Made by a program: the position numbers and the translations under genes | NCBI GenBank assembly: GCA_052031355.1 | Contig: JBPEXR010000383.1 | Span: 1-25,298 of the forward strand | From: Paracoccaceae bacterium | GTDB lineage: Bacteria > Pseudomonadota > Alphaproteobacteria > Rhodobacterales > Rhodobacteraceae | Length of the DNA: 25,298 nt | Direction: 5' to 3' | Part shown: one piece after another, positions 8,618-21,955 of the stretch | How positions within the stretch are numbered: the stretch's first letter is position 1 | Layout: each line of letters opens with the position of its first letter | The notes under the pieces: model-generated | The model's database searches: none | Told to the model about the DNA's origin: nothing | Seen by the model: only the letters and a program-made list of their open reading frames with translations

Positions 8618-9145
8618 TCAGCGGAAGGGGTACATCCAGGCCCGGTAATCGTCGATCAGCACATGCGCCTTCTCGATCTGCTCCGCCGTCATCTTCTTGA
8701 CCACCTCTTCCTGGCTGATCGCCGCGTCGGGGTCGCCGCCGATCGCCGAGAGGACGTACCACATGTAGGCGCGCACCAGGTCCGGCGCGGGCAGCCCGAT
8801 CCCCAGCTCGTAATACCAGCCGACGCCCGACTGCGCCCCGGGGTGGCCCTTCATCGCGCTGCGCAGGTACCACTCGAACGCGCGCTCGGGGTCCCGCTCC
8901 ACCCCCAGGCCGAGGGCGTACATCACGCCGATCAACTCCTCCGCGTCGGCGTTGCCGGACCGCGCCGCGGGCCAGAGGGCGGCGCGCGCCTCGGCGAAGC
9001 GGCCGGCCTCCATCAGGTCGCGCGCTTCCTCGATCTCTGCCGCCGCGGGCTGTGCCGCCAGGCCCGCCAGCAGTGCCAGCGCCAAACGGGTGCCGCGGCG
9101 CCCATGGCCGCGCTTCTGGCCGCCGCGCTGGCGCCGCCACTTCAT
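8618..9145 (-). CDS. Secreted Sel1-repeat (SLR/TPR-like) protein
   Basis: Signal-like RLALALLAGLAAQPAAA|E, then Sel1 repeats (GNADAEELIGVMYALGLGVERDPERAFEWYLRSAMKGHPGAQSGVGWYYELGIG..PDLVRAYMWYVLSA). Start is uncertain: ATG 9145 or TTG 9085. Confidence 0.8.
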   Translation of the reverse strand: MKWRRQRGGQKRGHGRRGTRLALALLAGLAAQPAAAEIEEARDLMEAGRFAEARAALWPAARSGNADAEELIGVMYALGLGVERDPERAFEWYLRSAMKGHPGAQSGVGWYYELGIGLPAPDLVRAYMWYVLSAIGGDPDAAISQEEVVKKMTAEQIEKAHVLIDDYRAWMYPFR

Positions 9146-10417
9146 GCCGATACGCAATATCCCCTCCCCCAGCCGATCGATGAGGCCGAGTTTCGCCCGG
9201 TCGAGCCTGCGAAGGCAAGGCTGGGGCAGCTGCTGTTCTACGACCCGATCCTGTCGGGCAATCGCAACATTTCCTGCGGCACCTGCCATCACCACGACCA
9301 CGGCGGCTCCGACGGGCTGAGCCTGGGGATCGGCGAAGGCGGCACCGGGGTGGGCCCGGCCCGGCGCCCGGGCAGCGGGGCTGCGCGCATCGCCAAGCGC
9401 ATCCCGCGCAACGCCCCGGCGCTGTGGAACCTCGGGCACCGCGACATCCGCGTGCTGTTCCACGACGGGCGGCTGGAGCCGTCGGAGCTTTACGGCAACG
9501 GCTTCAACTCCCCGGCCGAGGAATGGCTGCCCGCGGGCCTTTCCAGCCTGCTGGCGGCGCAGGCCCTTTTCCCGCTGGTCGCGCAGTTCGAGATGGCCGG
9601 CAACCCGGCCGAGAACGAGGTCGCCGGCGCCGTGCACGACCGGATCGATGCCGCCTGGCCGATCCTGGCCAAGCGCGTGCGGGTGATCCCCGCCTACGGC
9701 CGCGCCTTCGTGGAAGCCTTCGCCCATATCGACGCGCCCGAGCAGGTGAGCATCGTCGAGATCGCCGAGGCGCTGGCCGCCTTCATCGACGCCGAATGGC
9801 GCAGCCACGACAGCCCCTTCGACGCCCACCTGCGCGGCACCGCCCCGCTGGAAGGCGCAGCCGCCCGCGGGATGCAGCTGTTCTACGGGCGCGCGGGCTG
9901 TGCCGCGTGCCATTCCGGCAAGCTGCTGAGCGACCAGGGGTTTCACGCTCTCGGCCTGCCGGCCTTCGGCCCCGGACGCACCCGGCGGTTCGACCCGATG
10001 CCCCGCGACACCGGGCGCATGGCCGAAAGCGACCGGCTGGAGGATGCTTACCGCTTCCGCACGCCGATGCTGCGCAACGTCGCCCTGACCGCGCCCTACG
10101 GGCACAACGGCGCCTATCCGACGCTGGAGGGGATCGTGCGCCACCACCTGGACCCCGCCGCCGCCCGCGCCGCCTGGACGCCGGACATGGCCCGACTGCC
10201 CGAGGCGCCCTGGCTGGCAGAAATCGATTTCGTCATCGCGCAGGACAGCCGGGAGATGGCGCGCCAGGCGCGCGCGCTCGACATCCGCCCGCGCGTGCTT
10301 TCGGATACGGAGGTCGCCGATCTTGTCGCCTTCCTGCACGCGCTGACCGGTCAAAGCGCGCTGTCGCGCCCGCTGGGGCGGCCCGCGGCGGTGCCCTCGG
10401 GCCTGCCGGTGGACTAG
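9104..10417 (+). CDS. Periplasmic diheme cytochrome c peroxidase/MauG-superfamily enzyme
   Basis: Two CXXCH motifs (CGTCH, CAACH), LGQLLFYDPILSGNRNISC, RNAP, FRTPMLRNVALTAPY, and a short signal MAALLAAALAPPLHA|D at ATG 9104. Confidence 0.9.
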   Translation: MAALLAAALAPPLHADTQYPLPQPIDEAEFRPVEPAKARLGQLLFYDPILSGNRNISCGTCHHHDHGGSDGLSLGIGEGGTGVGPARRPGSGAARIAKRIPRNAPALWNLGHRDIRVLFHDGRLEPSELYGNGFNSPAEEWLPAGLSSLLAAQALFPLVAQFEMAGNPAENEVAGAVHDRIDAAWPILAKRVRVIPAYGRAFVEAFAHIDAPEQVSIVEIAEALAAFIDAEWRSHDSPFDAHLRGTAPLEGAAARGMQLFYGRAGCAACHSGKLLSDQGFHALGLPAFGPGRTRRFDPMPRDTGRMAESDRLEDAYRFRTPMLRNVALTAPYGHNGAYPTLEGIVRHHLDPAAARAAWTPDMARLPEAPWLAEIDFVIAQDSREMARQARALDIRPRVLSDTEVADLVAFLHALTGQSALSRPLGRPAAVPSGLPVD

Positions 10418-10421
10418 GCCG

Positions 10422-11909
<1,488 letters not shown>

Positions 11910-11947
11910 GGCGGCCTCCGCTTTCTGGTTCTGCGTTCAGGGAACAC

Positions 11948-11978
11948 AAAAACGCCGGGGCCCCGCAAGGCCCCGGCG
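11948..11978 (-). terminator. Intrinsic terminator between glpV and glpK
   Basis: Minus strand reads CGCCGGGGCC-TTGCGG-GGCCCCGGCG-TTTTTG: a perfect 10-bp stem plus a U5 tract. Confidence 0.75.
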
Positions 11979-11989
11979 CGTCTTCGGAC

Positions 11990-13705
<1,716 letters not shown>

Positions 13706-13780
13706 GATTTGGCTCCTCCCATTTGAACCGATCTTTCGAAATATTGCCCCCGGCGACGACCGCCGTGGGGAAGCGTCCGC

Positions 13781-14053
13781 CTAGACCCAGCGGAAGACCG
13801 CGAAGGCGTAGATCGCGCAGACGATCAGCGCATAGGCTTGATGCGCATCCGTCAGGCCCAGCCAGGCAAGATTGATGAAGGCCGAGCCCAGAAGGGTAAT
13901 GAACAGCCGGTCGCCGCGCGTCGTCTCGATACGCAGAACGCCGCGGCGCGGGGTTTCGGGAAAGCGGATCGCAAGCACGGTGAACAGCACCAGAAGCGCC
14001 GCGATCACGCCGAAGAAGGCCGCCGTGGGCCATGTCCAGGCCATCCAGCTCAT
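13781..14053 (-). CDS. glpU: Small membrane subunit of the glycerol ABC system (DUF2160, GlpU-like), 90 aa
   Basis: MSWMAWTWPTAAFF...RRGVLRIETTRGDRLFITLLGSAFI. Lies between permease and SBP. Confidence 0.8.
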   Translation of the reverse strand: MSWMAWTWPTAAFFGVIAALLVLFTVLAIRFPETPRRGVLRIETTRGDRLFITLLGSAFINLAWLGLTDAHQAYALIVCAIYAFAVFRWV

Positions 14054-14081
14054 GCCGATACCCTTTCGGTTGGGGTGCGCA

Positions 14082-16950
<2,869 letters not shown>

Positions 16951-16961
16951 GACCCGCTCCT

Positions 16962-18050
16962 TCAAGCCGCTGCGGCGTAGGGCGCCGGCGCGACAAGGGC
17001 GCCGTTCTGCGCGAAGACGTAGACATGCGCGGGGTCGAGGTAGACCCGCAGCGCCTGGCCGGGCTCCAGTTCGTGCACTCCGTGCACTAGCCCGACCCAG
17101 CGTTCAGATCCGTGGTCGAGGTGCACGAAGGTTTCCGATCCTGTCAGCTCGGTCACATGAAGCGTAACCGGGAATTCCATAGCCGTGCCCGACTGGCGAC
17201 GGAGGCCCAGGTGATTGGGCCGAAAGCCCGCGGTGTAGCGCCCATCCGGCACCTCGGCGAGCGCACCCGCGGCCGGGGCCCGCTGGCCTTCGCCGAAATG
17301 CACTTCGGCGCCGCGTTTTTCGACCGGAATGAAGTTCATCGGCGGGTCGGAGAACACACGCGCGGTTGTCGCGTCGACCGGGGCACGGTAGACCTGCGGG
17401 GTCGGGCCGAACTGCGTCACCCGCCCCTCCCAGAGGGTTGCGGTCTGCCCGCCCAGTAGCAGCGCCTCCTCGGGCTCCGTGGTGGCGTAAACGAAGATCG
17501 CGCCGGACTCCTCGAAAATCTTGGGAATCTCGACGCGCAATTCCTCGCGCAGCTTGTAATCGAGATTGGCCAGAGGCTCGTCCAGCAGGACCAGGCCGGC
17601 GCCCTTCACCAGCGCTCGTGCCAGCGCGCATCGCTGTTGCTGGCCACCCGAGAGCTCCAGCGGGCGGCGGTCCAGCAACGCGGTCAGCTGCATCATCTCG
17701 GCCGTCTCTCGCACCGCGCGGTCGATGGTCTGGCGATCCGCCCCCTTCAGACGCAGCGGCGAGGCGATGTTGTCGTAGACTGTCATCGACGGGTAGTTGA
17801 TGAACTGCTGGTAAACCATGGCGACCTGCCGGTCCTGCACCCGCATGCCGGTAACGTCGCGACCCTCCCAGAGGATGCGCCCCTCGGTGGGCACGTCGAG
17901 CCCGGCCATCAGGCGCATCAGCGTGGTCTTGCCCGCTTGCGTCGGCCCAAGCAGCACGTTCATCGTGCCGCCCTGCAACTCCAGATCGGTAGGGTGGATA
18001 TGCACCTGCCCCCCCACTGTCTTTGCCGCGCCGTCCAATACCAAGCTCAT
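16962..18050 (-). CDS. glpS: Glycerol ABC transporter ATP-binding subunit
   Basis: Walker A GPTQAGKT, signature LSGGQQQR, Walker B LLDEP, H-loop altered to YATTE. Confidence 0.88.
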   Translation of the reverse strand: MSLVLDGAAKTVGGQVHIHPTDLELQGGTMNVLLGPTQAGKTTLMRLMAGLDVPTEGRILWEGRDVTGMRVQDRQVAMVYQQFINYPSMTVYDNIASPLRLKGADRQTIDRAVRETAEMMQLTALLDRRPLELSGGQQQRCALARALVKGAGLVLLDEPLANLDYKLREELRVEIPKIFEESGAIFVYATTEPEEALLLGGQTATLWEGRVTQFGPTPQVYRAPVDATTARVFSDPPMNFIPVEKRGAEVHFGEGQRAPAAGALAEVPDGRYTAGFRPNHLGLRRQSGTAMEFPVTLHVTELTGSETFVHLDHGSERWVGLVHGVHELEPGQALRVYLDPAHVYVFAQNGALVAPAPYAAAA

Positions 18051-19681
18051 CTCGCCTCTCCCTGTCCCCGGCCCGCCGCGGCGGCCAGGGGCGCGCGCGT
18101 GTCCGGCGCCCTGCCCAGTAGCCCGGCGATGCAGTCGTCTATGGCCTGCGCCTCGGCGGCGGTCAGGCGCAGCCCCAGCTTGCTGCGGCGCCAGAGCACG
18201 TCCTCGGCGCTGCGGGCGTATTCGCGCTCCACCAGCCAGCGCAGTTCGGCCTCGGTCAGCGTGGCGCCGAAGTCGGTGCCAAGGTCCGCGGCGCGCTGCG
18301 CCTCACCCAGGATCTCCCGCGCTTCGGTGCCGTAGGCGCGCGCCAAGCGGTCGGCCCAGCCCGGGCTGAGAAAAGGATAGTCGCGCCGCAGAGAGTCGAT
18401 CAATGCCGGCACGCCGTCGTGCGGAAAATCGCCCCCCGGCAGGCTGACGCCGGCGGTCCAGTCGCCGCGGCTGTTGCCGAAATGCGGGGCGATCCGGGCC
18501 ATCGCGGCCTCGGCGAGGCGCCGGTAGGTAGTGATCTTGCCGCCGAAGACGTTAAGGATCGGCGCGCCGCCCTTCGTGTCGAGCTTCAGAACGTAGTCGC
18601 GCGTCGCCGCCGTGGCGGAGGTGGCGCCGTCGTCATAAAGGGGGCGCACGCCGGAATAGGTCCAGACGACGTCCGCGTCCGTCAGCTGCTGCTTGAAGTA
18701 GCCATTCGCGAAATCCAGGAGGTAGGCTTGCTCCTCCGGGGTGCAGACCGCGGGCTCTGCGGGGTCGGCGTGGTCGGCATCGGTGGTGCCGATCAGGGTG
18801 AAATCCCGCTCGTAGGGGATGGCGAAGATGATCCGCCCGTCGCTGCCCTGGAAGAAATAGCACTTGTCGTGCTCGTAGAGGCGCCGGGTGACGATATGAC
18901 TGCCGCGCACCAACCGCACCCCGGCGGCGGAGGCGACGCCGGCGGTCTCGCGCAGCACCTGCGCCACCCAGGGCCCGCCGGCGTTCACCAGCATCCGCGC
19001 CCGCTCCTGCCGCTCGGCGCCGGTTTCGGTATCGCGCAGGGTCACCGTCCAGTGGTCGGCGGCCCGCTCGGCGCGCAGAACCTCGGTGCGGGTGAGGATG
19101 CGCGCGCCATGCGCCGCGGCATCGCGGGCGTTCAGCACCACGAGGCGGCTGTCCTCGATCCAGCAGTCGGAATATTCGAAAGCGGTCTGGAACTCCTCGC
19201 GCAGCGGCGCGCCCTCCGGGGTGCCGGGCAGCGACAGCGTGCGGGTGCCGGGCAGGATCTTTCGCCCGCCCATGTGATCGTAAAGGAAAAGGCCCAGCCG
19301 GATCATCCAGCGCGGGCGGCGGCCCTTCATCCAGGGCATGACGCGGGCCAGAAGGCGGCTGGCGGGCGTCTCGCTTTCGAAGCGCATGCCGGGGTGGTAG
19401 GGCAGCACGAAGCGCAGCGGCCAGGAGATATGCGGCATGGCGCGCAGCAGCACCTCGCGTTCGATCAGCGCCTCGCGCACCAGGCGGAACTCGAAATACT
19501 CCAGGTAGCGCAGCCCGCCGTGGAACAGCTTGGTCGATGCCGAGGACGTAGCCGAGGCAAGGTCGTTCTTCTCTGCCAGCGTGACGCTCAGGCCGCGACC
19601 CGCCGCGTCGCGGGCGATGCCGCATCCGTTGATGCCGCCCCCGATGACGAAAAGATCGCTGATCGCGCTGTCCTGGCCCAT
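18047..19681 (-). CDS. glpD: FAD-dependent glycerol-3-phosphate dehydrogenase
   Basis: DLFVIGGGINGCGIARDAAGRGL, ATSSASTKLFHGGLRYLE, RLVRGSHIV, WTYSGVRPL, GGKITTYRRLAE. Start MGQDS at 19681 with GGAGGG RBS; ATGA overlap with glpS. Confidence 0.95.
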   Translation of the reverse strand: MGQDSAISDLFVIGGGINGCGIARDAAGRGLSVTLAEKNDLASATSSASTKLFHGGLRYLEYFEFRLVREALIEREVLLRAMPHISWPLRFVLPYHPGMRFESETPASRLLARVMPWMKGRRPRWMIRLGLFLYDHMGGRKILPGTRTLSLPGTPEGAPLREEFQTAFEYSDCWIEDSRLVVLNARDAAAHGARILTRTEVLRAERAADHWTVTLRDTETGAERQERARMLVNAGGPWVAQVLRETAGVASAAGVRLVRGSHIVTRRLYEHDKCYFFQGSDGRIIFAIPYERDFTLIGTTDADHADPAEPAVCTPEEQAYLLDFANGYFKQQLTDADVVWTYSGVRPLYDDGATSATAATRDYVLKLDTKGGAPILNVFGGKITTYRRLAEAAMARIAPHFGNSRGDWTAGVSLPGGDFPHDGVPALIDSLRRDYPFLSPGWADRLARAYGTEAREILGEAQRAADLGTDFGATLTEAELRWLVEREYARSAEDVLWRRSKLGLRLTAAEAQAIDDCIAGLLGRAPDTRAPLAAAAGRGQGEAR

Positions 19682-19690
19682 GCGCCCTCC

Positions 19691-19855
19691 CGAAACGAAC
19701 ACGAACGAACCACCATTCGCGGCTTCGGTCAAGCTTCACGTTCGATTATATTCGGAAATGCGGGTTGGCAGGCAATATCACCTTAAGAACGCACCTTTTC
19801 GCGCAAGACGGCCCAGTGCCTTGCGAGGGCGCGCAAAATCGAACACGCTGCGAAC
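19691..19855. promoter_or_regulatory. glpD/glpR divergent control region: TATAAT -10 for glpD (minus strand, 19750-19745) and an array of TTCG/CGAA repeats, probable GlpR operators
   Basis: CGAA at 19691, 19696, 19702, 19706, 19840, 19851; TTCG at 19716, 19724, 19741, 19751, 19798. Several pairs are 10-11 bp apart. The core resembles the E. coli GlpR half-site (TGTTCG). Confidence 0.6.
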
Positions 19856-19872
19856 CCAAGCAGGGGAGCCGC

Positions 19873-20634
19873 ATGTCACAGACCTTCCGTCACCCGGAAA
19901 TCCTGGAAATCGCCCGCAAGCAGGGCAAGGTCACGGTCGAGGCGTTGGCCGAACATTTCGACGTGACGGTGCAGACGATTCGCCGCGACCTGACCGAGCT
20001 GGCCGAGGCCGGCAAGCTGGAGCGGGTGCACGGCGGCGCGGTGCTGCCCTCGGGCGTGGCGAACATCGGCTACGAGGACCGGCGCGGGCTGCACGAGGCC
20101 GCCAAGGCCGCCATCGCCCGCGCCTGTGCCGCCGCCATCCCCGAGGAAAGCAGCGTCTTTCTGAACATCGGCACCAGCACCGAGGCGGTGGCGCGCGAGT
20201 TGCTGCATCACCAGCACCTCTTGGTGGTCACCAACAACATGAACGTCGCCAACATCCTGGTGGCGAACCGCTCGTGCGAGATCATCGTCGCGGGGGGGAC
20301 GCTGCGCCGCTCGGACGGCGGACTGATGGGCACGCTGACCACGCGCACGATCGAGCAGTTCAAGTTCGACTACGCCGTCATCGGCTGTTCGGCGATGGAC
20401 GAGGACGGCGACCTGCTGGATTTCGACGTGCAGGAGGTGGGCGTCAGCCAGACGATCATCCGGCAGGCGCGGCGCACCTTCCTGGTTTCCGACCATTCCA
20501 AGTTCCACCGCAGCGCGCCGGCGCGCATCGCCTCGCTGCGCGACATCGACAGTTTCTTCACCGATACGGAGCTGCCCGGCCGCCTGCCCGAGGCCTGCGC
20601 CGAATGGGGCACGCGGGTCGTCATCTGCCAATAG
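19873..20634 (+). CDS. glpR: DeoR-family glycerol-3-phosphate regulon repressor
   Basis: HFDVTVQTIRRDL..L..AGKLERVHGGA, FLNIGTSTEAVA, VVTNN, AGGTLRRSDGG, SDHSKF. Start MSQTFRH at 19873 with GGGGAG RBS. Confidence 0.93.
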   Translation: MSQTFRHPEILEIARKQGKVTVEALAEHFDVTVQTIRRDLTELAEAGKLERVHGGAVLPSGVANIGYEDRRGLHEAAKAAIARACAAAIPEESSVFLNIGTSTEAVARELLHHQHLLVVTNNMNVANILVANRSCEIIVAGGTLRRSDGGLMGTLTTRTIEQFKFDYAVIGCSAMDEDGDLLDFDVQEVGVSQTIIRQARRTFLVSDHSKFHRSAPARIASLRDIDSFFTDTELPGRLPEACAEWGTRVVICQ

Positions 20635-20647
20635 GCGCGCGGAACGC

Positions 20648-20674
20648 AAAAAGGGCGCGCCGCGGCGCGCCCTT
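20648..20674. terminator. Probably bidirectional intrinsic terminator between convergent glpR and the Liv-type SBP gene
   Basis: Perfect 24-bp palindrome AAGGGCGCGCCGCGGCGCGCCCTT (20651-20674). The A5 run at 20648-20652 gives a U-tract on the minus strand. Confidence 0.7.
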
Positions 20675-20703
20675 CTGCAGTCCGGCGGGATGACCTGCCG
20701 GGA

Positions 20704-21870
20704 TCACTCCAGCGTCTGGATCAGCTTCCAGGAGCCGTTCTCGATCGTCGAGACATAAACGGCGTCGGCCGCGACGTGGTCATCGGGGCCCATCTTCACC
20801 TTGTTGCCGGCGATCTTGTCCTCGAACTCCAGCGATTCCATCGCCTGGATGAAGCTTTCCCGCGTCAGGTCCGGGCCGGCCTTCTCCAGCGCCGCGACCA
20901 GCAGCTCGGCGGCCGAGCGGCCCAGCAACGCGCCGGTGCCGGGGAACTTCTCGCCCGTCGCCTCGGTGTAGGCCTTGATCCAGGCGCCCACTTCCGGATC
21001 GGTGGCACGCGCCTCGAGGTCCTGCCAGCCGGCGCCGGCGTAGACGCCTTCCATCACGCCCTGGGCGGCCAGGCCCTTGGCGACGACGGTGTGGAAGCCC
21101 GCGCTCGACAGCACGAAGCGCAGATCATCCATGCCCAGCTTGTTGGCCGTGGCGATCACGTTGATCAGCTGGCCGACGCCCAGCGCCAGGCCGACGGTGT
21201 CGCAGCCGCTGTCCTTGATCTTGCCCAGCGCGCCGGTGAAATCGCTTTCGTCCGGCTTGTGCGTGGTCTCGGCGGCGACTTCCATCCCGCGGTCGGCGGC
21301 GACATCCTTGATCGCGGCCTCGATCTCCTTGCCGAAGTCGGTGGGCAGGGTCATCAGGCAGAAGCCCTTGGTCCCCTGCTCGTCCACCATGTATTCGGCC
21401 GTCGCCTTCACCGCGTCGTAGTAGCTGGCGGTCCCGGCGAACTTCCAGGGCGCCGGCGGGTCGACCATCTGCCGCGCCGCGGTCAGGGGCGAGATGTTCG
21501 GCACGCCCTTCGGCTCCATCAGCTGGAACATGGCCAGGTTGTGCGGCGTGCCGAGGCTGAGCAGCATCGCGAAAACCTCGTCGCGGTTGATCAGCTTGTT
21601 CGCCGCCTGCACCGCCTTGGGCACCTGGTAGCCGTGATCCTCGACGATGTAGTTCAGCTGGCGGCCGTGCACGCCGCCGGCGGCGTTCACTTCCTCGAAG
21701 TAGAGGTTCACCGCCTGCACCGCGGGAACCGAGAAGGGCGCGAAGATGCCCGACAGGTCGTGCGCGCCGCCGATGCGGATCTCGCTGTCGGTGACCCCCG
21801 GCGTCTCGGCCGCAAGCGGCCCGGCGAGGGCCAGCGCGGCGCCGGTTGCCATTGCCAGAATCTTTTTCAT
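20704..21870 (-). CDS. ABC transporter substrate-binding protein, Liv/leucine-binding (PBP1) family; ligand probably a fatty/organic acid
   Basis: Signal peptide, PGVTDSEIRIG, VNAAGGVHGRQL..IVEDHGYQVPKAVQAANKL, AGPDLTRESFI. Confidence 0.85.
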   Translation of the reverse strand: MKKILAMATGAALALAGPLAAETPGVTDSEIRIGGAHDLSGIFAPFSVPAVQAVNLYFEEVNAAGGVHGRQLNYIVEDHGYQVPKAVQAANKLINRDEVFAMLLSLGTPHNLAMFQLMEPKGVPNISPLTAARQMVDPPAPWKFAGTASYYDAVKATAEYMVDEQGTKGFCLMTLPTDFGKEIEAAIKDVAADRGMEVAAETTHKPDESDFTGALGKIKDSGCDTVGLALGVGQLINVIATANKLGMDDLRFVLSSAGFHTVVAKGLAAQGVMEGVYAGAGWQDLEARATDPEVGAWIKAYTEATGEKFPGTGALLGRSAAELLVAALEKAGPDLTRESFIQAMESLEFEDKIAGNKVKMGPDDHVAADAVYVSTIENGSWKLIQTLE

Positions 21871-21913
21871 GTCTTCCTCCCATGTTGGGCCTTGTGACGG
21901 CCCGTTGCGAACC

Positions 21914-21955
21914 GGCCCGGCGCCCGCCCCGACCCCGGGGCGGCGGCGCGGGGCC
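21914..21955. other. Extended GC hairpin between the acyl-CoA ligase stop and the SBP gene (possible mRNA stabilising/processing element)
   Basis: Core stem CGCCCCG-ACCC-CGGGGCG (21925-21942), extendable to GGCCC/GGGCC at 21914/21955. Confidence 0.35.

Noticed and set aside
9086-9145. Twin-arginine (Tat) signal in the Arg-rich Sel1 N-terminus
   Set aside because: RR pairs are present but do not match S/T-R-R-x-F-L-K, and this segment may be untranslated if TTG 9085 is the start.
9146-10354. Long N-terminal extension of the Sel1 ORF (and the 8663-9103 extension of the diheme ORF)
   Set aside because: Each is the antisense shadow of the other gene; signal-peptide-like segments mark the real N-termini near 9085-9145.
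9104-10417. Calling the gene mauG or ccpA
   Set aside because: No methylamine dehydrogenase (mau) genes are nearby, and the diagnostic Trp and Tyr/Met positions differ, so no symbol is assigned.
11935-11945. GTTC-AGG-GAAC inverted repeat upstream of glpK as an operator
   Set aside because: Only 4-bp arms, so expected by chance; it lacks the TTCG core seen at glpD/glpR.
20651-20674. 24-bp perfect palindrome as a protein-binding site or transposon end
   Set aside because: Its position between convergent stops and the adjacent A/U tract are fully explained by a terminator; no second copy or transposase is present.
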